64,000 nucleotides of DNA from a virus, in the IMG/VR virus record IMGVR_UViG_3300017917_005108, positions 1-64,000 of that record. One strand, given 5' to 3'. A program made the translations under genes and the position numbers. Of this stretch, positions 51,401 through 60,441 are shown in pieces (the stretch's first letter is position 1; every line of letters starts with the position of its first letter). The notes under the pieces were generated by a model. The model ran no database searches. It saw only the letters and a list, made by a program, of their open reading frames with translations, and was not told the DNA's origin.

Positions 51401-51893
51401 AGTCTCCAGCTGCTCCAGAAGCATAAAGATTTAATGTATATCCTTCTGCACTTAAAGCTCTATAGGACTGCCAACTATTTTGACGTTGTATTGTGAGAGG
51501 CTCTATAATTCTACTAGCTGGTACGTCATATATAAAACGTTTAAAATCTTTGAACCCTAATTTATCTGCAACAAAGTCGTAAATTGCAATGGTTGGTTGA
51601 TAACTAGAATCGTATGCATTACCATAGCTGTCAAATATAACAAGCTTCGGTTTATAAAAACCGGGGAATTTATAATGATGAGTAGCTGTTAAATCGTTTG
51701 AGTAAGTTCCATCACCAAAATGCCATTCAATTTTTTTATTACTAATAACTGTAGATCCGGTTAATAATGGAGAAGAAGTAAAATCAGGAATAAAAGTTAT
51801 AGGTGTTATATCAAGAGAATATGAAGAAAGGGTATTATTTCCTGAGTAATCTCTAGTATAAAAATAGAGATATGTGTAGTTTAAAGATTCCAT
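48420..51893 (-). CDS. Baseplate-associated protein with PKD domain and beta-propeller
   Basis: IEWHFGDG...HHYKFPGFY; DxxNxVW repeats; directly after gp6-like gene. Confidence 0.7.
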   Translation of the reverse strand: MESLNYTYLYFYTRDYSGNNTLSSYSLDITPITFIPDFTSSPLLTGSTVISNKKIEWHFGDGTYSNDLTATHHYKFPGFYKPKLVIFDSYGNAYDSSYQPTIAIYDFVADKLGFKDFKRFIYDVPASRIIEPLTIQRQNSWQSYRALSAEGYTLNLYASGAAGDYIDYNSFIRDKWSHLRSLSRLYEVQKIGDFDEFVIVDKVITKDTKIYANIVNNNIQQCQENDTGSRFAGTTGYAEFYYVDDRTKNYTTREPPILIFATFDNAKFKDAYSMVTSIQDYVGYPPYGFQQLDPACLPIIKVRHNSAGRLSITSNGIDGEGALSATNFNIPEISWQYTEIPFVIRMKDFENYTTKTYPPLSSSTIETLAQNVTSYDLAISLVKQNNDLTRTCISAVSFYSDFSVDIPRSIGGFYKGYFIPHISSENLLLTAGMTVVDPVNFPKDSLVGWVSMPQYFKVKRIFKTRNFNYCDGTMEEFLSAYVSDYDTPGSVESYSFQVAPSGAGFGEDYRTWVADGQADKIYKIDIYGGILSAFNLSSYPFSGYNSTYYVDLRSTELSSAAPASIVMDGNSDVWFTLFDAVSSIKIDRYTGQAKSVAVPMYKNLVYALSSDYNLAPLSGFAGENTLLPASIDTDTQNNIWVAYTHPISNFLFKFDDTGNFIKVIPFPSLISPVEICVDRNNYVWLTTLNMNYPVSPSVSLTGKNDFVYKFDKDGNLLTGYPLTGFRLAGNITVDGAQNAYVVNDRETIIKLDANNPQKVTSFPGGSGVNTTNYIGSIGGIACDTANYLWVINNFENKLYYVDTTNESMSSIAGVDSITLEFPPDSTSNPVSAFQERIFQAYGDWIGSRWINKYMVPFNVTRYLSGESALFNVYPSTGKYNVTKINEDFDAGNFYKDLRYQEVLFNKKMFFDNFLSTIVGSISAQPYELGKVVYEKTANFVSNNSDIDKCNLDKLLSFCDELSLQFEEYNYPFPPQLRRLVDLLSIKHKILWGDRNTFNRNFDKKGYINSSKYGINLGNQINVLSGTIISGKSIVALELFSDLYTIVNTSNIKGYNLGDILPLSSYTYDWGWGLVAPKSLTGINIKNYYSFYQFNDITENSFYNNILNWNDPINLLSPTLSSYKDWSKNNGIMQNILSYELTKGLKLFTNTVDIVYNN

Positions 51894-53755
51894 TAGAACT
51901 CTCTTTCAAAATACTGAATGGAAGGGGTTATAACATTTATTTTGTTTATAAAATCTAATTGATTATTTAAAAATGGAAATTTAAAAAATGGCAGTGCAGT
52001 GTCTTGTGTGATAATCTGTATATCATCATAAGGATACACTGGGTTATATACTAGTAAGCTAACCCCTGGTGTTTCTATTTGATTACCATCTATATTTTTT
52101 ACTGTTTTAATATCCTGTACTCCTTCAATTGCTCTTATTTGATTTGTAATGTCGGTTAGTGATATAGATAATCCAAGATTATCTTTTGTAGTTGAAAAAT
52201 AATTTTGAAATATTTGACTTATTTGTTTTTTAATAGTTTCAGGATTTCTTTTAGCTGTTACTGTGCGTGTTATCTGTAAAAAGGTATTATTAGATAACTC
52301 CGGAGTTAATTCTTCACCGGAAGCTCTTAGACCTAAATCAACTAATACATAAACTGGATCAGTTACAACTAATTCAGCTGTTGCAAGTTTTACATTATTT
52401 AAATCATTTGTAATTAATTGCTTTTGTGCACTATTTAAGTAATTAGCTCTCGTGGTTAGTGAGGTAAGTTTTTCTAATTTTGGTACAGCATATATATAAA
52501 TGTTATTAAAATTACAAGTATCTGAAAACTTTACTTGGTTAAACAATACTCTCGATTCAATATCAGGTTTTTCAACACCAATATCAAAATAATATTTTAT
52601 ATGCTGGCTTAAAAAATCCCAGTTGTTGACAACTTTTACAGATGCTAAAATATTGCTATAGTTTTTAAGAAGATAATTAGTGAAGTCTTCTGAAGTTATA
52701 AGTCTATACTGACTTTTAAAGGTATTAATAGCATTTTGTTTGATGCTAGTTACAGATTCAGCTTCAACAAAATTAGTTGAGGGCTCGGGGTTAGAGAATG
52801 TTAGATAACCTGCTTGTGTTTGAGTTATTAACGTGAGATTTAAAGGAGTAGTATCAATCTGTATTTGTGAAAATCTTGAAGTATTATAAAAAAACAATTG
52901 ATTATTATCAAGCAAGCTATTGCTTATCTGTCCAGATGTTCCATCTGATTTTAGATAATAAATAGCAATTTCATCATTAGCATTAAGCATTTTACCGTTA
53001 ATGTTATTTCCAAATTTTATTTCATACCTGCCATTTTCGTTTAAACGAATTTCATATTTTAATGCATTTGATCTTTCTAAGAATAAAGATGCAGTTGGTT
53101 CATATTTAGCCCATTTTGGATTTTCTATAGTATTATCTTTTACGTAAACATCAACATTAAAATGATCAATTATTGTATTATTATTAGTTGAATCAACAGT
53201 AGTCATAGTAACTACTTCAAAAGGTTCTCCAGTAGCTATATAAGTTGGATATTCAGTATATGTGCCTTGATATAGTAAATACTGAGAAGAAAAATCTTCT
53301 AATACTTCTGTACCTGAAGTTGCTTTAGTAAATGAAATATCATTATTAAATGAGTAGTTTACTCCATTAACAGTAAAATAAGAATATCTTGGTATGGTAT
53401 ATGTTTCAGGTACTAATTGATCGGATGCTGTAGCTATAAATGGTAAAATAGCAGTTTGATAGCCTGTGGGGTTATAATTTATTAATTTTACAATTTTATT
53501 AATATTTTCATATAGCTCAGCGTTTGTAAAAGTGGCTTCTGAACTTGTTCTGTTGAGATAAAAAAGCAGTACATGATATGCATACGCAATTATATCAATT
53601 ATGGAAGATATATTGCTACCTTCAAAATTTTGATCAGTAAAAACAGTATTACTGTTTAGTCTTTTTATAATTAAATTTTTTAAAGAAAGAGCATCAAATG
53701 CAGCGTAGCCATCTACATTCAAATTAAAGTTGTTAAATGTGTTCTGTGTTGCCAT
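51893..53755 (-). CDS. Baseplate wedge subunit (T4 gp6-like)
   Basis: FTDQNFEGSNISSIIDIIAY, YEIKFGNNINGK, ESVTSIK...QYRLITSEDF. Confidence 0.88.
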   Translation of the reverse strand: MATQNTFNNFNLNVDGYAAFDALSLKNLIIKRLNSNTVFTDQNFEGSNISSIIDIIAYAYHVLLFYLNRTSSEATFTNAELYENINKIVKLINYNPTGYQTAILPFIATASDQLVPETYTIPRYSYFTVNGVNYSFNNDISFTKATSGTEVLEDFSSQYLLYQGTYTEYPTYIATGEPFEVVTMTTVDSTNNNTIIDHFNVDVYVKDNTIENPKWAKYEPTASLFLERSNALKYEIRLNENGRYEIKFGNNINGKMLNANDEIAIYYLKSDGTSGQISNSLLDNNQLFFYNTSRFSQIQIDTTPLNLTLITQTQAGYLTFSNPEPSTNFVEAESVTSIKQNAINTFKSQYRLITSEDFTNYLLKNYSNILASVKVVNNWDFLSQHIKYYFDIGVEKPDIESRVLFNQVKFSDTCNFNNIYIYAVPKLEKLTSLTTRANYLNSAQKQLITNDLNNVKLATAELVVTDPVYVLVDLGLRASGEELTPELSNNTFLQITRTVTAKRNPETIKKQISQIFQNYFSTTKDNLGLSISLTDITNQIRAIEGVQDIKTVKNIDGNQIETPGVSLLVYNPVYPYDDIQIITQDTALPFFKFPFLNNQLDFINKINVITPSIQYFEREF

Positions 53756-53756
53756 A

Positions 53757-54236
53757 TTAATTATTAAAATAGAATCCAGAATTACTTAATGTTCCAATCA
53801 GTCTGAACGAAGAGTTTATAATTCTAGGAACAGTTATTGTTAAAGTTATTATGTATTCTTGTTTGTCTACATTTACCACAACATCAACATTATTAACTGT
53901 TACTCTTGGTTCAAATTTATTAATGCCTTCTACTATTTCTTGACCTATAAGATAGCCATTGTTCTGGCTAACTGGCTCAAACAAGTATTGAGCTAAATTA
54001 AGACCATAAACAGGGTTCAACAGCTTTTGACCGGGTATAGTAGTAAAAAGGTTGTAAATACTGTTTCTTATTGCATCATAGTCTAGGCTATTTACAGAAT
54101 CCTTAATTTCTTTATTTTTAAGTAGTTCGTTGTTTCTTGTATAGTCAAACTCTAAATCTAATGTTATGTCTGAATACGTAAATCCTTGGTATGTTTCAAC
54201 TGGTTTTCTTATTGATTTTACATTAATAGAGGCCAC
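53757..54236 (-). CDS. Baseplate wedge subunit (T4 gp25-like)
   Basis: AIRNSIYNLFTTIPGQKLLNPVYG...YLFEP...FEPRV. Confidence 0.9.
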   Translation of the reverse strand: MASINVKSIRKPVETYQGFTYSDITLDLEFDYTRNNELLKNKEIKDSVNSLDYDAIRNSIYNLFTTIPGQKLLNPVYGLNLAQYLFEPVSQNNGYLIGQEIVEGINKFEPRVTVNNVDVVVNVDKQEYIITLTITVPRIINSSFRLIGTLSNSGFYFNN

Positions 54237-54295
54237 AAAATTATTTATTATAAAAATTAAATAAGAAACTCATATTGAATAAGATAAATATTTCT

Positions 54296-54898
54296 ATGGA
54301 AAAGAAGTTTGTTAAGCTATATGAAACAACATTAAGCAGATACAATAGAGGAGGCTTTCTTACTAGCGATAGAGTTAAGTTTATTGATAATGTTTTACGT
54401 AACGATTTCTTTAAAAACCAACCAGACTCTGTAAGAGATGCTGTAAAAGGGTTAATTGATTCAGGTCTTAACTTAAGAGTTAAGAACGTAAAATCATATT
54501 TTCCTACAGCTATGGGTGCTGGTAATACTGATTATAATGGATATAGCTATACAGTAGAAATAGTGCCTGAAATAGCTCCTGGAAGATTTGATGTTAATAA
54601 GACTGTAGTAGTCCCTGCAAGCTTACTAACACATCAAAATGATGGTGTAAATCTACCTCCTGTACCTGATCAATTTAAATATAACAACAACGTTAAAATT
54701 AAGCCTGAAGAGCCTGAGATAGCTGACACAAAAAATTATTTAACACCTAAACAACAAACACATAATTCTGATGTAAATGGTAAAATGGTACCAGGTGATA
54801 GAGAGTTGGGCGATAAAAATGTAAAAATTCCTTCCTCACCTGCTGAAGGTCAAAAAGACCCTGCTGCTTATACAGCAATGTATTTACCTAAAAACTGA
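54296..54898 (+). CDS. Hypothetical protein (start revised to ATG 54296)
   Basis: TAAATA-N5-ATG. Confidence 0.6.
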   Translation: MEKKFVKLYETTLSRYNRGGFLTSDRVKFIDNVLRNDFFKNQPDSVRDAVKGLIDSGLNLRVKNVKSYFPTAMGAGNTDYNGYSYTVEIVPEIAPGRFDVNKTVVVPASLLTHQNDGVNLPPVPDQFKYNNNVKIKPEEPEIADTKNYLTPKQQTHNSDVNGKMVPGDRELGDKNVKIPSSPAEGQKDPAAYTAMYLPKN

Positions 54899-55834
54899 AA
54901 ACAACGCAGGTTCAGTTAAAAGTATAAAACAACTAAAACAGTTAATTTCTTGATCTACTACAAAACTAGATCTATAGAGATGCTCAGCAATAATTATTAA
55001 TGATTTCTTTTTCTGTTCTAGATTGCTTTCATTTTCTTCGATATACTTAAACAAGGTTCGTAATAACGAAACATAATCTGAATTAAACGATCCTTCATTT
55101 TCAATTAAAGCTTTTCTTAGTGCATTTATGTTTTTTGCTTTTATTTCTTTATAAATTAGTGTTACTAGTTCTTCATTTTTAAAATTATAGATTTTTAATT
55201 TACCTGTAGAAGAATATTTCTGTAATTCGTTAATACATGACCTTAGGTCTGGATAACAAGACTTAATAAAATCTAAGAGTATACTCTTTTGCTCACTATC
55301 AATTTCAACCTTTTCTTCCTTAAGAATAGATACACATCTTTTTATTGATCTATCTAACGGAGGCGTTAAATCTAAGAACTGACATCTGCTTTGCAAAGCA
55401 GGTATAATTCTATATTTGTAGTTCGCTGTTAGTATAAAGCGCGTAATAGAGGAAAACTCCTCCATGGTATTACGCAATGCTCTTTGTCCTTCTAGTGAAA
55501 TACCGTCTGCTTCATCTAAAATAACAACCTTTATATTACCATCTATGCTTTTTGTTTGAGAAAATTGAGTTACTTTTGTTCTTATAGTATCGATACCGTT
55601 TTCATCGCTTGCATTTATATAAAGATATTGACACTTTAAAATATCGTTTACAATAATTTTAGCTAGTGACGTTTTTCCAAGACCTTGTTTACCTGCTAAG
55701 AGCAAATTAGGTATTTGACCTTTAACAGAAAAGCTATTAACTATTTCTAAATTTGAATCTGATATTACAAAGTCATCTAGCTTTTTAGGTCTATACTTCT
55801 CTACCCACAAACTTGATATATCACTTAAATTCAT
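54884..55834 (-). CDS. Sliding-clamp loader AAA+ subunit (T4 gp44 / RFC-like)
   Basis: LWVEKYRP, GKQGLGKTS, INASDENGID, VVILDEAD, QSRC. Confidence 0.93.
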   Translation of the reverse strand: MNLSDISSLWVEKYRPKKLDDFVISDSNLEIVNSFSVKGQIPNLLLAGKQGLGKTSLAKIIVNDILKCQYLYINASDENGIDTIRTKVTQFSQTKSIDGNIKVVILDEADGISLEGQRALRNTMEEFSSITRFILTANYKYRIIPALQSRCQFLDLTPPLDRSIKRCVSILKEEKVEIDSEQKSILLDFIKSCYPDLRSCINELQKYSSTGKLKIYNFKNEELVTLIYKEIKAKNINALRKALIENEGSFNSDYVSLLRTLFKYIEENESNLEQKKKSLIIIAEHLYRSSFVVDQEINCFSCFILLTEPALFSVFR

Positions 55835-56298
55835 TTACCAGAACTACCAAAACCCTTTTCACCTCTAGATGTTTCATTAATTTCACCCCATTCTATCTGC
55901 ATTCCTATATTAAAATATACAACGAATTGTGCAATACGATCACCAGCTTTAATAGAATAGTCGGTATCAGATAAATTATACAGCTTTACACCTGCATCTC
56001 CTCTATATCCATTGTCAATAATACCTGGATGTGCGAGTATGCTATGTTTAAACCCAAGGCCACTTCTACTTTCTACTTTTACCCAGTATCCTTCCGGTAT
56101 ATCTGCAAATTTTAACCCAACACTCACCACGGCGTTACCTTTTGCGGGTATTATCTTGTCTTCTACTGAATAAACATCGTAGCCTGTATCAGATTCGTGG
56201 TTCTTAGTGGGTAATTTTGCATCTTGATGTGTCTTAGCAAACTTTAACACTGGTATATACGCAAAATTAGGGTCTAATGCAGTGGTAGAAGAGATCAT
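55831..56298 (-). CDS. dut: Trimeric dUTPase
   Basis: GYDV, RSG, GIIDNGYRG, GDRIAQ, RGEKGFGSSG. Confidence 0.95.
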   Translation of the reverse strand: MISSTTALDPNFAYIPVLKFAKTHQDAKLPTKNHESDTGYDVYSVEDKIIPAKGNAVVSVGLKFADIPEGYWVKVESRSGLGFKHSILAHPGIIDNGYRGDAGVKLYNLSDTDYSIKAGDRIAQFVVYFNIGMQIEWGEINETSRGEKGFGSSGK

Positions 56299-56349
56299 AC
56301 CACTATAATAAGATAAGTTTATAAAAAATCAATTGTAATAAGTAATAAT

Positions 56350-56826
56350 ATGAGTGATGAGCTTAATGAAATGGTAGGAGATCTTCTAAATCAATTGGAA
56401 GATGCTAATAAAAAGGCTAAAGATATTGAAAAAGAACAAAATACATTAAAAAAAGAAGATCTAGAGAGGTTTGTTGTTGAAAAGGCAGGGTCACTAGTAC
56501 AAGAAAGCCTGGAAATGTTAAAAAATGTAAAAGATTATATTGTAAGTGCGCCTGAAAGTAAGGATGTAGCCTCTTTTAGTGAATTAGTTGCAGCAACTTC
56601 TACAGCTTTAGATACCCTTAACAAAATTTTAGTAAGTGATAAAAAGAATGAAACGATTGTTAATGTTAAGAAAATGGATATTGATGCTAGAAAAGAATTA
56701 AAACAGGAAGATACTACACAAAAAATGTTAGCTACAAGAGAAGAAGTGTTTAAAATGCTTTTAAATAATGTAAAGACCGCTGAAAAGGAAGTTATTGAAA
56801 TAGAATCTGAGAATACTAGCAAGTAA
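56350..56826 (+). CDS. Helical protein, possible terminase small subunit (gp16-like)
   Basis: Two amphipathic helices and C-terminal LATREEVFKML; TAAGTA-N5-ATG. Confidence 0.35.
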   Translation: MSDELNEMVGDLLNQLEDANKKAKDIEKEQNTLKKEDLERFVVEKAGSLVQESLEMLKNVKDYIVSAPESKDVASFSELVAATSTALDTLNKILVSDKKNETIVNVKKMDIDARKELKQEDTTQKMLATREEVFKMLLNNVKTAEKEVIEIESENTSK

Positions 56827-58498
56827 ACAGATTTTTATATAAATCTTCAAACGTTTTTGTTATATTATCCACAAAGTTATCTGCAGCATTTTCTAATACT
56901 TTGGATAAATCAAAACTATCGATACCGAATTTAGGAAATATGTTTAAAATCTTAAAAAAGGAATCAAAGAAATTAGCAGGAAAATCAAAATTAGGTGCAG
57001 TAAATGTTGGTAACTGAAAGTTACACAGTGTTGTTTTAAGTTGCTCAATTGAGTTAAATATAGCCATAGGATCTGAAGGTAGTCCTCCATTAAAGGACGC
57101 TGCTAATCCTGCTAGTTCTCCAAATGACCCCAATCCAAAGCCGGGTAAAAATTGGTTAGATGTTGCAAAACCTGTAAACTGGTTTAATAAACTAGGATCT
57201 AGAGATGGTAAAAAGTTAGGAACTGAGGGTAAGCTGAGCTCAGGTATTATAGTGTTTAAATTTAATGACTGTAAAGGTGTATTTTGAAATACATTTCCAG
57301 CAAATTGAGTAGGAAAATTTAAAAATTGATTAACATCACCTATTGCGGTATTAAAGAATTGATTTGGCAAATTCAAGTATTGGTTAGCTTGACCTATAGT
57401 ACTATTTAGTAATTGGTTAGGTTGATTTAAGTAATTTGTAAAATCTATATTAAAATCAAATTTAGGTAGCTCTAAGCTTGTAGGCGAAGGTATAGATGTC
57501 TTTGAAACACTTGGATTCAGATTTAATTGATTTGTTGACCTGTTGTATGCATACGTATTTCTTGTCTTTGGATTAGATAGAGTATTTTTAATTGTTTTGT
57601 CGCTTAAAACTAGCTGAAGTTTGTTGAGCAAGAAGTCAACATTTTGAGTTACATTTTCAACATTAATATCAAAATAAAAATTGTCTACTTTCTGTGCATT
57701 AGATTTATCTAAATCTCTCAGGTTACATGCAATATCGTTTTTTATGTTACTATAATATTCAATAAATGTAAAAAGCTTATTATAATAATCCATTAAAGAA
57801 ACAAATAATCTTGCTAAAATATTTGTATAATCAATAAAAAACTTATAATCACTAACTAAATTCAACCCATGTGATACAGTTGAATCAACATATGGAGGAG
57901 TATTTGGTGAAACATAGTATATATTTCTTAAATTAGTTCTAATCCTAGATGTAGTTTTACTGCTTAACTCATTACTAATATTTGCAGTTATCTCAGATAT
58001 TTTATTTCTAAGCTGTACTGGTATATAGTTAGGAGCACCATATATATTGCAATATATATCGTATGTAGGTGTTGTTGAATCATCTAATTTATTTTCTGTA
58101 TTAACTAGTAAACCTATAGAATCAGAAACAGATGTGTAAAAATTTTTCTTTTTTCCTATCTTTTCTAGCACTTTTTGCTTTATAGGCTCTATAGAACTAT
58201 AAAATCTTTTAGACCAAAATTCTATAAATTCATTGTCTATTTGTTCAAATTTATTATCGTTTAAATCTAAATAAAATTCAGTTAGCTTAGTTACTGGGTC
58301 ACAATCTTGTATATTATTATAGTAAGCTAAGCTTATATTAATTTGATCTTCTATATTTTTAATATTTTCTACATATGTGGAGAATTCTTTAATTATATCT
58401 AAATTAGATGCATAATTTATATCTGCTAGCTGTGGTTGTACAGTCTTCAGGGTTGTTTTTTTGTTACTAGTTTTTTTAGCTGTAAATTCAGGTATCAT
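56816..58498 (-). CDS. Hypothetical protein with 18-aa internal repeat
   Basis: 560 aa; NQPNQLLNSTIGQANQYL/NLPNQFFNTAIGDVNQFL. Confidence 0.6.
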   Translation of the reverse strand: MIPEFTAKKTSNKKTTLKTVQPQLADINYASNLDIIKEFSTYVENIKNIEDQINISLAYYNNIQDCDPVTKLTEFYLDLNDNKFEQIDNEFIEFWSKRFYSSIEPIKQKVLEKIGKKKNFYTSVSDSIGLLVNTENKLDDSTTPTYDIYCNIYGAPNYIPVQLRNKISEITANISNELSSKTTSRIRTNLRNIYYVSPNTPPYVDSTVSHGLNLVSDYKFFIDYTNILARLFVSLMDYYNKLFTFIEYYSNIKNDIACNLRDLDKSNAQKVDNFYFDINVENVTQNVDFLLNKLQLVLSDKTIKNTLSNPKTRNTYAYNRSTNQLNLNPSVSKTSIPSPTSLELPKFDFNIDFTNYLNQPNQLLNSTIGQANQYLNLPNQFFNTAIGDVNQFLNFPTQFAGNVFQNTPLQSLNLNTIIPELSLPSVPNFLPSLDPSLLNQFTGFATSNQFLPGFGLGSFGELAGLAASFNGGLPSDPMAIFNSIEQLKTTLCNFQLPTFTAPNFDFPANFFDSFFKILNIFPKFGIDSFDLSKVLENAADNFVDNITKTFEDLYKNLFTC

Positions 58499-60054
58499 AG
58501 TGTATTTGATGTTAAGAATATATTATTGTTTGCATAAGTTTTAACACATACCAAATCATTAAAATAAGTAGCATTTTCAAAAACATGTTTCACATTTACA
58601 ATAAAATATACACCTAAAAGCTTTGAATCAAAATCTGACTGAGGTAAGTTAGTATCTCTACTAATTGAAATAAATCTTCCTGCTTGTCTGTGTGTTGATC
58701 CATAAACTCTAAAAATTACAACGTTACTATTCATTACATAGTCATATATTACATTTGATCTTCCAATTGAAAGTCGCTGTTCAGGAGTGCTCTCAAGAGG
58801 ATAAAAAATGTGTTTTATATTTTTATTTTTATCTCTAAATTCTCCTGGTATAATATTAGCATAGTTTGAATTAAAAGGTGTACAAAAATAAGCTATTATT
58901 CTTTTAAAAGTTTCTTTAGAAGAATTTTGTTCATAATCAATCTCAAACATTTTATCTGTATAGCTATAATAATGTACAGCTGTGGGTATTATTTCATCTT
59001 GACTGTGATCTCCTGGCATATTATCAAAAGAATATGAAATAATGTTACCTAGTGTTCTAAAGTAAGGAGCAAACTTTGGTGAATAATTATTTAAAACAGC
59101 ATAATTAGATTGTGTTTGTCCATCTGCGTAACCAGCTAAACGATAGTCTTCTAAATAATATCTGCCTGGTGCCATACCATCTCCAGTTTTTCTAACTGCA
59201 TTTACAAAATAATCACTTAAACTTATTAAAGAAAATTCTTTTGGATATCTCTCTAGTCTTAATATACTAGGCTCATAAGCTGCTCCATCAGAAACTTGTA
59301 AAGAGACGAGGTAATTTAAACTGTCTATAGCTTTATATTTAGCGGGGGCAGAAAAAAATATACTTGTAGCACCCTCATTAAAGTCATCACTAAATGTAAT
59401 ATTAAGATTTTCTTCCTGGTTAAGTGATTGTCTTAAGAGTTCTTTTATTGCTATACCGGTTTTAAGAGAACGCTGCGAATTAGATAAATCATATACTTGA
59501 CCCTGTGTTTGCGGTTCAGAATTATCTGAGTTTATATTAGCAGTAGAAAAATAAGAATCTTTTTCTTTTAAAATTTCATAGTGAATATCCCAAAAATGTA
59601 GTGTTTTGGTTTTATCTGATATATTTTTACCTGCAGAGTCTTCTTCATGATATATAATAAATTCAAAATCTAGTAAAAAATATTTTAAAGACTCTTCATC
59701 TATTGTATCAGCTCCTTCAGTTAGTTTTGGCATTATCTGTATTTTTAATACATCTCTACTATCTCCTTTTAAAATAAATCCTCTATTTTGTTGATTACTC
59801 TCTTCTAATTTTGTTTGTTCTAAATTATCAAAAGAGTTATCAAGCACAACAAATCCTTTGTGAAACGGTGTAGTTAGATCATCTTCTATTACTAATTTTT
59901 TTATGGATTGTGGATTTAAAACTTTTAATCTACCATCAAATGTAGCGATAGAAACACTAAAAATATAATAGTTGTCATTAATTACATAATTAAAGCCTTC
60001 GCTTAAATTGTAGGTTTTTAAAAATGAATTGTTTGAAGGCTGTGTTGAGTTCAT
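58495..60054 (-). CDS. Putative baseplate hub / tail protein (gp27-like)
   Basis: LVIEDDL..PF..G; G.T.RQAGRFI.I...LLGVYFIVNVKHVF....Y...L.CVK C-terminus. Confidence 0.6.
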   Translation of the reverse strand: MNSTQPSNNSFLKTYNLSEGFNYVINDNYYIFSVSIATFDGRLKVLNPQSIKKLVIEDDLTTPFHKGFVVLDNSFDNLEQTKLEESNQQNRGFILKGDSRDVLKIQIMPKLTEGADTIDEESLKYFLLDFEFIIYHEEDSAGKNISDKTKTLHFWDIHYEILKEKDSYFSTANINSDNSEPQTQGQVYDLSNSQRSLKTGIAIKELLRQSLNQEENLNITFSDDFNEGATSIFFSAPAKYKAIDSLNYLVSLQVSDGAAYEPSILRLERYPKEFSLISLSDYFVNAVRKTGDGMAPGRYYLEDYRLAGYADGQTQSNYAVLNNYSPKFAPYFRTLGNIISYSFDNMPGDHSQDEIIPTAVHYYSYTDKMFEIDYEQNSSKETFKRIIAYFCTPFNSNYANIIPGEFRDKNKNIKHIFYPLESTPEQRLSIGRSNVIYDYVMNSNVVIFRVYGSTHRQAGRFISISRDTNLPQSDFDSKLLGVYFIVNVKHVFENATYFNDLVCVKTYANNNIFLTSNTL

Positions 60055-60416
60055 GTAAGAGAGGTGCTTATTTCAGAAAGCACATTTTTTAAGTATGAGG
60101 GATTTAGTACTTTTAAAACTGTTCCTATATCTGGAGCTCTTATAGGGTTTTCTATTTTATTTAACAGACATATAAGCCACCAAAGTTCTGTAGTACCGTA
60201 CGTATTATAGCTTATAGTTGTCCAAGGCATTTTTTGTCTTACTGTTACATAGCCTAATTGAGTTGAATCAAGTTCTTCTGGAAAATTAATAGCTTTTTGA
60301 ATATTATAATAAAATTGACCTGTTTTTAACTGATACATTTTAAAGATATTTTCATATCTTATATTGCTTAATTTAGACAATTGAGAAACCTCGTTTTGGT
60401 ACTTACCTAAATCCAT
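60051..60416 (-). CDS. Baseplate wedge protein (gp53/LysM-like)
   Basis: WTTISYNTYGTTELWWLICLLNKIENP. Confidence 0.8.
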   Translation of the reverse strand: MDLGKYQNEVSQLSKLSNIRYENIFKMYQLKTGQFYYNIQKAINFPEELDSTQLGYVTVRQKMPWTTISYNTYGTTELWWLICLLNKIENPIRAPDIGTVLKVLNPSYLKNVLSEISTSLT

Positions 60417-60441
60417 AGAAGTATTTATAAGTAAATTATTA

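Noticed and set aside
54884-55834. Archaeal or eukaryotic origin implied by RFC-like protein
   Set aside because: T4-like gp44 is RFC-like; tmRNA and gp6/gp25 context indicate a bacteriophage
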